Below, in pieces: positions 1 through 13,099 of a stretch of DNA of 64,000 nt. The translations under genes and the position numbers were made by a program. Position 1 is the first letter of the stretch. Every line of letters begins with the position of its first letter. The notes beneath the pieces are model-generated. The model saw nothing but the letters and a program-made list of their open reading frames with translations. It had not been told where the DNA came from and did not search any database. Origin of the DNA: Monocercomonoides exilis PA203 (taxonomy: Eukaryota > Protista > Preaxostyla); the NCBI GenBank assembly GCA_001643675.2, contig LSRY02000003.1, positions 1,178,001 through 1,242,000 on the forward strand, given 5' to 3'.

Positions 1-61
1 TTCAATAACAATTATTTAGAAACAAATAGTTCACTATTTGATTTTCGGAAAGTGATTAAAA

Positions 62-3000
62 GGCATAGGTGCAACTGTCTATTTTTTGCAATTCTTGTTT
101 TTTGATATTTATTTTATGATGCTTGAAATATGAAAATTATTAAAAAACTTTTGTATGGACCGATTTTTCGTAAAACTATTTGTTTATCGTGAAAAAAATT
201 TTTTTAAAAATGACCCATAAATATGAGTATTTGAATAAAAAATTTGAAATCAAAGGCAAATAAATTCTGAAAAATATCTGGAATGTCTCTTAATACATTG
301 TACACTTATATTTGTTTGGAAATTTCACAGAAAACACAAAAACGAAATTCTAATTATTTTAATATTATCATTTGATCAAACCCATGTTATAATTTTATTC
401 ATTTGGAGAACATAAATTCGAAGGCTCCGGTGATACTCGGTGTTAATGTTTGTCTTTTTTGTTTAAACGAGTAATAATTATTTAATGCAAATATTTCTTT
501 TATGTTCGTCTTAGAATATGCTGATTCTACCTTTTCAATTACCAATTCTATTGTCAAAGAAAATTCCTTGTTTGCAGTATTTTTTATTTCTTAAATAGCA
601 GTTATGCAATTGATGCACTTATAGTAATTAAGTATAAATTGAAATGTGAAGTCAACATGAATTACAAAGTGACTAAAACGCATATCAAACAATCGGTTTG
701 TTATTTGCTTTGTTTGAGACATTTTTTATCAACTCTTGTTTTTTATGAAGGACTATTGGAGATCATTGCTTTAGGAAGGAATGCAGGAGTTATGATATTG
801 GCGAATAAAAGTAAATTGATGGAACTGCTTCATTGATAAGCAAAGTCGGAGATGCGCTATGGTTTGCGTTGGAAGATCGGGAACATATTACCATTGGAGA
901 TGGTTCATAAACTGGATGAGTTTGTGAGAATGAGAATAATGGTGGAAAAGAGCGAGCTGTTCAAATGAGGGGGTTTTCGGAGACCCAGTGTGACTTTGTA
1001 AAGCGGGTTTGACCGGATGGCGAAGAAATTAATGCTGCAGGTGAAGTATGGAACTCATCAAAATGGTTCAATCAATCGCCATGCGAAGTCGCTGAATATC
1101 CTGGGGAATTGCACGTGATGGATGGTGGGAGTGAGATCGAGAAAGAGGAGGTTGGGGAGCGATGAATGTTGAAAAGACAAAGAATTCTGAGAATGTGGAA
1201 GTGTGGGAGCAGGCATTGCTTGTGCTGAGCAAATTGATATGAAACAAACAGCTGTTTTAGAAAAGAAGGAGTTTGAAAAGATGAGTATTGTTGTTGTGAT
1301 GATTGTCTACTGTGAGTTTGTAACTGAAATAAGCAAGGAAGGAATTGGATCTTTTGTGTCTGATGTGTGGGTTGGGAGCGTGAAAGGCGGAGAGATGCAT
1401 GTGGAGCGTGTGACAGAAAGAGGGATTGAGTTTTGTGGAGGAGAGATATAAAGTGTGGAGGGAGGAAGATCGGAGCTGGAGATTATCACAGTGGAGAATG
1501 TGAAGAAAGATGGAGAAGGTGTGATTTTTGGGGAGAAGGGATTAGAGATGAAAATGAGTGGGATCACGATAGAACGATGCGAGACGGAGACGGTGAACGG
1601 GATTAGTGCGAAGCGAGGGAAGAGATGCAGAGTAATAAACAATTCGATATTTTCAGTGTGCATATGTGAAGATGGGAATGGAGGAGCGTAAAAGTGTGAG
1701 GTGGCAGAATGCGAGGTTGTTGTAGTAGAGAACAGCACATTTGAGGGATGCGAGGCAAGGGGGAGTGAATGAAAAAGAGGAGGGATGTGTGTGAGTGTTG
1801 TTGGGGAGATCAAGGCAGATAACTTTGGAGAGAAATTGTGCGGGTTTGAGCGAAACAATGCATGGAAGGGGAAGAATGTGTATCTGGAATGTGTTTGTCT
1901 AAATGGGAGTGTTAATAATGAGACACTTGTGTTTCAATTTGACGAAATGGTGAAAGATTGCAATCTGTTTGTTGGGAGAGAAAGGATTCACAATTTCATT
2001 GATTTATTTCGGTTCCTGGTTTGATATGAAAAATGGAAAAACATGTGTAGTGGAGTAGGCATGATGATACTCGAAGAGGAAGTGAAGAAGAGCTATATCA
2101 GAAAATGAAGAAAGGGATGAGGAAGAATAAGGGGGAGAGATTGTTAATGATAACATCAAAAAGGATCCCAAAGTATTTAAAATGTTTTCAACTAAATTTT
2201 CTCTTTAGAAACTGTGAAAGACAAAAGGAGGCAGAGGAGAGATAATTTTTTGTAAAATAAGGATGATTTCACTTAAATCCTTTTTATTGAAGTGATACTT
2301 AAGAACACAATCATATTTCGAGTGTGTACAACAAATTATTCATGGACTGAAAAGCTTTTTCAATAGCATCATATGAAAAATTTAATATAATTTCTGGTTT
2401 AATGACATTTCATTAGATTGAAGTGGACAAAAATAATTGTGTTGATTTCTAATTATTCTATTTTAAATAAATTTTCCAAAAAAAATCAATAGAGCAATTT
2501 CCATTTATAATAAACATCAAAAGATTGTTGATTGTCTGAAATTTTTATGAAAAATGTTTGAAAGACATATTTTGACGTAAGAATATGCAACAAACTTCAA
2601 AAATAAATAAATTGTTGTTTGTTTTCAAAAAAAGGCAATAAAAAAATAGTTATATGTTATTAATGTAAGTAGATTCTGAACATGAAATATCTCAAAAGAA
2701 GATATTCACTAATAATAACTTTTTTACCAATTTTATAAGTTCAACATGCCATTGTTCTATTAACAAATGTTTTTACAATTGTTAAGCAAATACATTAACG
2801 TTTCTTAAAAGAATAAGTAAAAACAACAAACGTTAGCACCGAGTATCACCGGAGCCGTCGAATTTATGTTCTCCAAATGAATAAAATTATAACATGGGTT
2901 TGATCAAATGATAATATTAAAATAATTAGAATTTCGTTTTTGTGTTTTCTGTGAAATTTCCAAACAAATATAAGTGTACAATGTATTAAGAGACATTCCA

Positions 3001-3217
3001 GATATTTTTCAGAATTTATTTGCCTTTGATTTCAAATTTTTTATTCAAATACTCATATTTATGGGTCATTTTTAAAAAAATTTTTTTCACGATAAACAAA
3101 TAGTTTTACGAAAAATCGGTCCATACAAAAGTTTTTTAATAATTTTCATATTTCAAGCATCATAAAATAAATATCAAAAAACAAGAATTGCAAAAAATAG
3201 ACAGTTATACCTATGCC
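62..3217. mobile_element. Non-autonomous Merlin/IS1595-type element ('Pack-Merlin' A) with ~390-bp TIRs and decayed receptor-family cargo
   Basis: 62-453 (GGCATAGGTGCAACTGTC...) is the near-perfect reverse complement of 2826-3217 (...GACAGTTATACCTATGCC). Termini match elements 23151-36079 and 26732-30630. Flanks GATTAAAA / AAATAATG do not form a TSD. Confidence 0.85.
800..2250 (+). pseudogene. Degenerate fragment of the beta-helix/TM/pseudokinase receptor family inside element A
   Basis: Broken ORFs with family-like motifs (GGMCVSV...FERNNAWKGKNVYLEC..L..SVNNE...F.F). At ~2140-2185 the juxtamembrane motif IVNDNIKKDPKVFKM matches IVNDNIRKDPKAFEM at ~20923. Many stops and frameshifts. Confidence 0.7.
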
Positions 3218-3374
3218 AAATAATGTTGAAAAACGGAGATCTCAAAATCTGCTAAATCCTTTTGATGCTTCACGTCTTCCCAATTAAGTATTTCTCTCAA
3301 AACAAACGAGATGGAAGTGAGAGAATGTTTTCTTTTAAATTAAAGTTCATGTGCTTTGATGATAAAAGATAATA

Positions 3375-3624
3375 TGACTCTCACTTCCTTCTCTTTTTCC
3401 CTCCTCTTGTCATGCCCACCCCAAGGTGAATGATGTAACATTTTCCGCTGATTTTCCTGTCTCTTCAGGTGCGTTTGTTATTTGCGCCATGTTACTCGCT
3501 CCTTTTTTCATAACATCATCACATCACCGCTAAATTAATTTGTGAATTTCATTTCAGATCAGTTGGGTGACTTGCCTATAAATGACGATCTCTCTCAAAA
3601 TAGAAGAGAAGGAAGTGAGAGTCA
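3375..3624. repeat. 250-bp foldback closed by a perfect 20-bp inverted repeat
   Basis: TGACTCTCACTTCCTTCTCT (3375-3394) is the reverse complement of 3605-3624. Nested internal complementarity is present, and a partial direct copy of the right arm lies at ~3293-3335. Confidence 0.6.
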
Positions 3625-3920
3625 CATTTTCTTTTTTTATGCTCTCTCTTATTATTGTAAACTCCATAAGAATATTTTAGATGAAATAAGATACACTTTT
3701 CGGAAAAGTTTACAATGGATTTTCAAAAAATACTTTGAAATATTTTCTTTGAAAAAATGAATGAAACGGAAAATTGAATGAAAAAAATAATAAATGAACA
3801 AAATTAACACAGATGAGAAAGAATGAGATCATAATTATATGCAAAATTTTAATATTTGACCCATTGCAATTGGCACTGCATTTCAGATTGTAAAGAAGAA
3901 GATAATATTTTCTATTTTGT

Positions 3921-6715
3921 CTACATCATTGAAATATCCTTTTTCCCTTCGCCAAGACACATCCTCTTCCTGTTTTTCTTCACGTGCGCGAATTTCCTTT
4001 CTTGCTCTCCAAATAAATGATCCGAAGGCAGCAGCGTTATAGGCACAAGCGGAGAGATCGACTGAGGTGTGAATACCTGCTCAACAGAAGCAGAGCTAAA
4101 GCCAGCTACAGGCAGCGAGTGTGCCGACCGCACTGCCTTCGGACGTATGAAATTCCTGCTGTCTTTCCTCGCTCCTGCAGCAACAGTTGCTTTTCTTGTG
4201 AAATGATTGCTATTTCTCACTTCTATTCCATTCTCTGCTTCCACCTCTTCTTCTTCTTCGCCCTCGTTCTCTTCTCCAAAATACGACTGGCTTCTATTAT
4301 TTCTTCTCAAAGCATTGCGAGTCATGGGCATCTTGCCAACTCGTTTGGAAAAATTTTGAGTGTCCTTTTCGTTCCAAAGCGAAGGAAAGTTGGAAGGAAA
4401 AAGTGACGGAGAAGGAGAAAAAGGCGAGAAAAGATTGCGCCTAGGTTGTGAAGGAGCAGCAGCAGCAGAATTGGCAGAGAAAGAAAGAGGAGGCGAGGAA
4501 GGAACAGGAGAATAAGGGGAAGAAGGCGAATAGCAATCAGAAGGCGGGGAGTTCATCATGTTGGCTGACATGTAATCTAGAAAATCGACAGCAGACGCAT
4601 CAAAGTTGTCGTCATCTTCATCGCTCCATTCGTCAATAATCTCACTCTCGTTGTCATCATCATCAGCATTATCATTATCTTCATCATCATCGTAGTCGTC
4701 GTCGTCACTAACTTCCATGTTATCATTGAAGAGGCTTTCCTTGTGTGATCTTCTGATATTATCGTAGCCATCTCTTTCTGCTTCTTCTTTTGCTGAATTC
4801 ATTTTGTCTTTGGATTCTGTTTGCATATTCCGCAAACCTTTGCTCTGTTCTTGTTGCCCACTTTGCATGCCATCATATTTGCATTTCTTTACGTTCTTCT
4901 TCTTTTTCATCATCTTCTTTCTAATATTGCCTTTCCTTCTTCCGCCTTCTTTCTCTTCATCTTCATCTTCTCTTCTATCTTTTAGAATGCCCTTTCTGCT
5001 TTTGCGTGCTGATTTCTTGAGGGCGTGGTGGAGCTGTCTTCGCAGTGCCTTCTGAAACGACGGTGGAGTGTGAGAAGGAGGAGGATGAGGAGAAGAAGCA
5101 GAAGAAATAGAAGAAGAAGAAGAAGAAGAAGAAGAGGAGGAGGAGGAGGAGTTAGAAGGTGCTGAAGATGCAAAAACAGCAGGCACACGGAAGATTGAGG
5201 AAGAAGAGGAAGAAAGAGAAGGTGTTGGTGCATGAGAAATGATAGATGCGTTGTAGAGTTCTTCGTAGTGCCGTTGCTGAAGCGATGCAACAAAAGAAAA
5301 CAGTTTCGAGCCAATAACGCAGTGATAGCCTTTGAAGCCAAATGGACGGATTAAAACACCTTTTCATTTAATATAAATAATAATAATTATAAAAACAATA
5401 AGTAAATAAGGGGGAAAATAAATAGATAGACAGACAGATAAATAGATAAATAAAAACAACTGAGCAAACGTGTTTCAATAGCTAGCCATCCTCCGAACAC
5501 GACTCTTATTCGAGCAAAGGGGATTATTTTGATCACCTTCTTTTTCCCCCTTTTAGCGTTTCTTTCTTCTTGTCCTTCTCCATCATCATATTCACAGCAA
5601 CTGTCTTCGCTCCCTTCTCCATTCGCATCAAAATCAGCTTCCGCATTTTTCTCTTCATCATAAAATGCTTCGTCTTCTTCATTGCCTTCACTGTCTTCGA
5701 GATTTTCTCCACTAATCTCACTTCTTTCCTCTCTTTCCATTTCTCCTCTTTTGTCGAATCCTCCTCCTTCTTCTCTTTCTCTACACTCGCTGAAATTGTC
5801 AGAATCTTCGGCTCCTGCATTTTTTCTGATTCTTTCTCCTACATTAAATGCACTGTCAACATCTGAAGCATGCTTACCGCTATCTTTGATAGACTCTTTT
5901 AGGCTTCCAGAAACACTATTAATTCGAGATGTCTTCTTTTTCTTCTTCTTTGACTGATTCTTGTTTTTCTGTTGAGTGTTGTCTATTTTTGCATAATCAT
6001 CCACAACATGCAATCCGTTCCGATCTTCATATATTCTCATAGAACCCCTTGGACGAAGTTTCATTTTCCTCGCTAAGCAACGAGTTATCCATGAAAACGG
6101 AGTGGATGTATTAACGACCGCCTGCCTAAAAAATACATGGCGATGGCTCTCATCAACTCTTTCAATTGAGACTATTGAAGTACCCAAAAAAGAAAAAAAG
6201 GAAGGAAAGAAATTACCATTTCAATAACAAAACGTAAAGTAATCTTATTATATACGTTCACAACGTGGCACAAAATCGGAATTCGAAATTTGTCCCTCTC
6301 CGTAATCAAAACTTATTGGCAATGGACTAGATAAAAATGTGAAATCCATTTCATCTCCATATAACCATTCTGAATATTCATCTGCTCCAAGTCCATCGCT
6401 CTGTTCAGACAAATCATAAAGATCTTCATAATCATAATTTTCATCATCAGTATTAATGTTTTGATTGGTTTTTCCTTCTTTCAAACACGGAGATGAAGTA
6501 TCAGGCGGATAAATAACCAATCCATCTTCACTTTCAATGAATCTTGAATGAGTTTCCAACGGTTGTGACAATGCCGCAAATGTTCTAAAAGGAGAATTAT
6601 CATTTTCATCATCATAGCATGCCTTTTCTCTGTGAGGTGATTCATCTTGAGAAAAATCAGGAAATGAAGGCGTTGCTCCTTCATACTCATCGTCAATATC
6701 TGTATATTGCTGCAT
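3921..6715 (-). CDS. Hypothetical acidic/Ser-rich protein, about 3 exons
   Basis: ORFs 6248-6847 (probable start MQQYTDIDD at 6715), 5387-6187 and 3921-5186 are separated by short AT-rich introns. The acceptor ...GAAAAG at ~5361 gives GVLIRPFGFKG..., in frame with the 421-aa ORF. No recognisable domain. Confidence 0.6.
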
Positions 6716-6959
6716 GTTATTATTTTCCACCGAAATATCCGAATATCTTGAAATGATGAAAACTCCTTGAAATGAAGCAAAAATGTCAAAAAATGATCGT
6801 GCCCAACATATAATACATCGAAAACTGAATTTTAAGAGCGCTATCAAATCTTAAAATAATTTATTTTCTTGGGAAATGAACTTTTATGTTGAGGTATTAG
6901 AATAAAAAAATTCCCTCAACTTCAAAAACATGTGGGAGAAAAATCTTCAAAAATGCTTT

Positions 6960-7488
6960 CAAATGATAGCCTCCATCTAATTTTGCGGAAATCGTGTGAA
7001 CATTATATAAAGAAATTGTGTGAATGTCTTTTTGAATAAAAAATTTGGACACACCATATCCTGTTCTTTGCAGAATCGTTCTTCCCATGCATGAAAACCT
7101 CCTCGAAGAACAAGAACATCCAAAGAAGGAAGAGCAATGCTACTTTTCTCTAAAAAGCTACGGGCAGCTTTTGGACCTCTCGATTTGCTTCGTTTAAAAA
7201 ATGTACAAAAATTTCAGATATTAACAAAAAATAAAACTTCAACCTGGCAAAGCAATGAAAAACGATGCTTGATGGTAAAGGATCTAAAAACTTTAACGAT
7301 TCTATTAGGACGTCTATTTTTGAAGGGAATTCGTAGTTTGGAATATGCCTACTTCCAGGAATTTTATATCCATTATAATCCACATCTCTAACATCAACAA
7401 CAACAACATCTTTTGGAGAACTTTTGAGTAATTGTGCAAGCTCATAAGGTTCAATAAGTTTCACATATTTGTTGCATTGTTCACACAT
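6960..7488 (-). CDS. Cdc25-like rhodanese-fold phosphatase / arsenate reductase (ACR2/Ych1 type)
   Basis: VVVDVRDVDY.G.KIPGS.HIP, then after removing an intron (~7189-7243) HCFASKSRGPKAA (HCX5R) and VLVLRGGFHAW. The 3' end is approximate. Confidence 0.85.
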
Positions 7489-7722
7489 ATTTCAATTAAA
7501 GGAAAGTCTCAAAAACAATCAAAAAAAAGTGATGGGAACACTAAATAAAAAAGCAAATTTCAACAAAATAAAAATTTTCCGTCAAAAAATAAAAATAAAA
7601 ATTCTTTCAAATCAACTGTTTTTTTTTTACAACGACAATAGAACATTGAGAGACTTTTATGTATGCTTTATTTTTTTGATCTATTAATTGATCAAAATAC
7701 AGTACGATTAAAGAGATTCTTC

Positions 7723-9035
7723 CTAACTGACTGAACTTTGATTTGCCAATGGATTACTCACAGAAACGTCCATGGAAGAAGTAGAAGCAGTTGAATTAGC
7801 ATAATCAGATGATTCATTCTCAGAAGAAGAACTAATAGTTGAATCATTTGATGAGGCTAAATAAGAAGGTTTGCGGGGTTCAGGAGGGGTTGAAGAAGAA
7901 GGACTTGAATAAGAAGAAGGAGAAGAAAGCAAAGACGCAGAAGGAGCAGAAGACGAGGCTGTGGAGTATGCTGGCTTTGATAGATCAACTGAGACATTTG
8001 TGGATGCAGATGAGTAGGACGGCTTGGAAGGTGCAGAAGAAGCAATTGACGATGGAATGTCTGATGGGTGTGGAGGAAGCGCTGAAGAAGAGGAGGAGAA
8101 GGAGGAGGAGGAAGAAGAAGCCTCTGAAGATGTTGAAGGAGGAGAAGAATAAGGAGGTTTACTGAGTTTAGCCAGTGAGAGGGGTAGCGGTAAAGGCTTT
8201 GGATTAGCAGGGCAGGTTGCAGAAGATGATGAAACCAAAAACGGAGAGGAAGGCGAAGAATACGAAGGCGATGGCAAAGAAGAAGAAGAAGAAGAAGAAG
8301 ATGATGATGATGATGAAATTGATGATTGTGAAGCTGATAATGTTGGCGACATCTTTTGATTGAATGATGCAACTTTTGCAGAACTCAACTTTCCGTGAAT
8401 TGATTCTTCAAATTTGATAAGCTCGTTCATTCTTAATGCTAATTCTGCTTCAAGTCTTTTATTTATACTGTTACTTATGTCAGACGTTTCTGATGAAGAC
8501 TCTGCATCCTTATATTCAAAATTCAGTTAAAATAATTATTTGAATTAAAAATTATCTAATTAAAGAAACATTTACAAAAAGCAGAACAAACCGTATTAAC
8601 TTTGAAACTCTCTAAAGATTTGTTTTCTTGAATGAACTCAATAAGAGCAGAAAACAAGGAAAAAGATTGAACAGCGAAATATAACAATGCAATTTTATCT
8701 GGAACTTGATATTGATCGCTTAGAATCATAAAATTAAACTTTGGTGACATTTGCTCCTTTGGGATTCTGAACTTACTTAGCACTTCCATCACAAGTTGCT
8801 GAAATTTTTCTTTAAACTGATTGTGGATTTTTTCTTTATTTTCCAGCGAAGTTTCGTCTTTCATAAAAATTTCTCCTTCATCGTTAATAAACCTTATCAA
8901 TTCATTCTCAAAATTGCTACTGCAACTTAAAGATAAAAGAGCTTCTGAATATAATAAATAACATGCAAAAAATAAATAATCACAAATAAAAACTAAACCT
9001 AATATTTGAGATTCATTTTCTTCTTCTCTTGACAT
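7723..9035 (-). CDS. Hypothetical protein with Ser/Pro-rich C-terminus (multi-exon)
   Basis: ORFs 8556-9035 and 7723-8430 are on the same strand with plausible GT-AG introns at ~8945-8998 and ~8511-8593. SKP(S/P/A)YSS repeats occur in the tail. Confidence 0.55.
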
Positions 9036-9175
9036 CTGTGAGTTATCTATGATATGGTTGTGTCAAAAAAAATCTAAATCAATCAGTTAAATTTCTGTAA
9101 ATAATTCTCAAAAAATGTTATTAATTTCAAAAACAATGGTCAAGATCAAAATATTGGTTATTTGCAAAGTATCGT

Positions 9176-9763
9176 ATGAGTGGAATAAAAACAGTAGCAA
9201 CTATATCTTTACTTTGCTGTCTTGTACTTGCATTATCGAACCTTTCAATATGGCTTTTTGATAAAACACTTATATCTCTAATTGTTGTGACTTCAATTGA
9301 ATTTCTATGCATTATTGTCATAACAACAATGATTCCTTCGCTTAAAAGTTTGTAATTGTATTTTTTAAAAAATGTATATTTTTATATTCTGTTTTATCAT
9401 ATTTGCAGATGGAACAGCAGCTTATCAAGCTGGATTATTTGAAGAAATTAACAAGGAACTTAATCTGTTTTGGTTAGCAGATGTAATCATGTTTCTAATG
9501 CTTTGCGGAACGAGAGCACCTCATATTGTATGATTTAGGTGTTAATTATTTTTGTTAACTCTTGGTTTAAGGCATCAAAATGGATTGATGTGAATCCAAA
9601 TGAAACAGCTTGGTTCTTCATTTTAAACCCTTTTTATCAACTTGGTATAACGATTTTTTCTCAAATTTATATATTTGTATTTTCTTATTTAAATTTATTT
9701 TCTTTCAGTAAGTTTTTTTTATTGGACTGTCGTAATGGTAACCATCCTCAGGTTTACAAATAA
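9176..9763 (+). CDS. Possible small multi-pass membrane protein (spliced)
   Basis: Hydrophobic exon MSGIKTVATISLLCCLVLAL...LIVVTSIEFLCIIVITTM, then GTTTGT...CAG and further short coding-like exons. No homology recognised. Confidence 0.3.
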
Positions 9764-9959
9764 GAAATATTACTACATTTGAAAAGCTGTTGCAATTACC
9801 ATGTTTAATTTGATTATCAACGTTTTGCTCAAAATAATGAAAACGAGACCCAACAATAACTTGAAAAGTGTGAAAAGTTTAATTTTTGAAGACTTGATCG
9901 ATCGTTTTTCCCATAAATTATTTATTGAATAATTAGATTTAAGTTTTAGAATTATCAAG

Positions 9960-12396
9960 ATGATATCATGTTTTGTATTGAATATTGTCATTTTCTCAAG
10001 TTATCTTCTCGAACCTCCACAGCTTTCACTCATTCATTTTTTGCAGTCTAATCGAGACTGTGTAAATGTTTCATTTATCGACTCTGCATTTGATCGATCA
10101 CCAAATGAAAGGGAAATTCATTATTCAATAATTAACAAAATACCAGATATTACAGATCCAAGAGTAGGAGCTTCTGGAATTGTTACATTTTGTGATCCAG
10201 TTGATTTTGACATTTTGCTTTCAGCTGCATCTTTTTGTGGCAATGAGCAACCAAGTACAATTTCCCAAATTACATTTTCGTTAAAGCATCGCGTAAGCCC
10301 AGTTTCTATTTTTCACCGTTCTCTTCTAAAAGGGGAATACGTTGTGCTTTCTTCAACAACTCCACATTCTTCAATTGTGTATAATTTGACTGTTTTGTCA
10401 AACAGCGAAAAAAACAGAATAAACGTAACATATACAGAGCCATTTTTTGTACTAGAAGACTCTTTTATTGAAGCACGAGCAGAACGCTTGGGATTTATTG
10501 AAAGCGAAACAACATCTGCAAATATAAGTGTGATTCCATATGAATGGGAAGTTGGAGTGTTTCCTGAGCCTGGAAGTTTTTGTGGTTTTGTTGGTTTAAA
10601 AATATGGGCCGAGATGGAAGATGTGCGCGTCCTTTGTGGAAGAGAAGGCATTGATGAAATTGATGGAGAATTGACTTACCAGCATGATCCACAAGATACA
10701 ATAATTTCGTCTTTAAATGAATCGACAAATTTGAAATGCTCGGTTTAACAAAATTTTTTACTATTTACACTGTTTATATGAATTTCTTTCTTTCTTTATT
10801 TTGTTTTAATTTTTATTTTATTTTAGATATTCTATCATGATTCAATAATTCAGCAATCAGAACCAAAGAAGTTTTCTTTTTCCGTATTGCCCATTCAACA
10901 CTTATCATTTGGAAAGGAAAATGCGTTGCCTCCTGATACACTTAACAATCCGAATATCGCATTCACGAACGACTTGTTCTCCATTCACTTATCAATTACT
11001 TCTGATTTTTCACAAGATTCGAATTCGACATTACTTATAAACCAGACTCAACATTGGTTTGCTCCGGATTCATCTTCAGTTGCATCCCCAATCAGAAACA
11101 GATATCTAACCAATAATTCGAACCCACTTGTGTTCGCAACATACACTGTTTTTTCTGATCAGAATGTGAAGCTTAAAGTTCACCAACAAAAAGAATCTGC
11201 AGAGTTGGATTTGGATAAGCCTGAACTCAAAAATGAAGTCAAAAATGCATACTCTCAAGACTATTCCTCTGGAACTTACAATTCATCTTTCAGTTCAGCT
11301 TCTTCTTCTTCTTCTTCTTCTTCTTCTTCTTTTGAGGCATTACCATCAAGGGGTCCTTCGCTCTTTTTCAAAACGTTTGCAGGAAATGAGGATGCTTCAT
11401 ACATCATTGAAAGTGGAATGAATGTGATCAATAAATCTCCCACTTATATTTCTTCGACAGGCGTTTCATCGTTTGCTGAGCTGCGAAATTACAAGGCGAC
11501 TTTGCTTCCTCGAACCATTCCAGATGGATGGGAAAGAGTAAATGCGAATGTGAAGGGAAAAAGCCAAGCAAAAGCAAACGGAATTGCAAAAGTGTCTGAA
11601 GAGAAGCTTGCAAAATGTAATAACAACCGCAATCTTTCGAGTGAAGACAATAAAGAAGAAGTTGAAGACGTTGAAGAAGCTAAAGAGGAGGATGATAATG
11701 TGATTGGAGAAATAGATATCGGATTGGGATGGGACATACTAGTTTGCTTTTCTGCTTTGGATGAAACTAAAGCAAATAAAAACGAGCAAATTCCTTTGGA
11801 GAGCGATGAACCAGAAAATCACTCAATTTCCATGAACAGCAAGAGTTCAATTCATTCAACCAAAAATGGTTATTCTTCTTGTCCAACATGTGTGAATTAT
11901 AAGATTGTTTTAAATTGCTTTTAAAATCTCTTATTTTTATTTTCTCCACCATGTTTGTGTTTGCATTTCTTTAACATGAAATCATATTAAAACAGGGCCA
12001 CCTGTCTGCGTTCGTGTTCTTGTGAATGCTATTTCCTCTTCAACTCCACCCATCGCAAATTCATCACTTCAATCTGCTCCTTCAAATCAACCTTCCTTTT
12101 CGTTTCTTCAAACCACTTTGTCGACGTTTCCCACAACATCATATTCTTCAAAGTCTTCTTTCTTATTTACGCCTTCATTCGTTCTTGCAATCATCGTGGT
12201 TTCCTTTTCATTTCTGATGAGCATATTTCGCTTGTTCAAATGGAGTTCCTTTTACTTCCAGCAAAGAAAGAAAAAGATACTTTTGGTAGTTAAAAAACAT
12301 CAGGTTAAGAAAGCAAAGCGAAAAATGGCTGAACTTTTGTATGAGGAGTGGAAACTTAAGCGTGACTTGCAAAACCAATTTTCCATTAAAAAATGA
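9960..12396 (+). CDS. Type I membrane protein with chitobiase/beta-hexosaminidase C-terminal (Fn3-associated)-like domains
   Basis: Hydrophobic N-terminus. VVLSSTTPHSSIVY...YTEPFFVLEDSFIEARAERLG..ES resembles CHB_HEX_C_1. Introns at ~10743-10827 and ~11905-11995. A C-terminal TM (FVLAIIVVSFSFLMSIF) is followed by a basic tail. Confidence 0.6.
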
Positions 12397-13099
12397 TGCA
12401 ATGTTGTTTTGATTTGTTTGTTTTGATACGTGTTTAAATTTCAATTTGACTTATATAAAGTTATTCAATTTTTGTTGCAAACAACAAACTTCTCTTGAGA
12501 TGTAAGCAATCAAAAATCACAGAAAGCATTAAAATTATATCAAAAACTCTGAAAATTATTCAATGACGAAAATATTTTGTTTCCAAAAAGGAGAATACAA
12601 CTATTTTTACTGCCAATTATAATAATTTCATGGAAATGAGCGACTCAAAACATTTTGTGAAGAGTGGACTTTTGCATGTGACTTTTTTGAATTGATATTT
12701 TTATCTTTTTTTTCAACCATCAGCTGAAACCGGATAATGGCTTTCAGCACATTCATCGGCACTTTTTCGATCAATTAAGTATCAACAATGAATTCGTAAA
12801 TTTTATTTTCATAAAAAAATGTCTTCCTTTCCTTTTTGTTACAGTATAAATTCATTTCTTCTGAACAAAAATATAATTCCAAAAATGAATTTTATACAAA
12901 AAAACAAAAGACAATTTTAACAAACTTCATTAAAAGACAGAAGTTAGATTGTTCCTTTGTTTCTATTTCATGTTCATAAGATCCATTTGAGACATTGATA
13001 ACAAAAAAAATAATAACATCGAGTAGTATAGTATGGGGCGGATGAATTTTTCATTTCCTCATTTTTCGTGCATTCGCAATTGCAACGAGGTCCTTCCCC

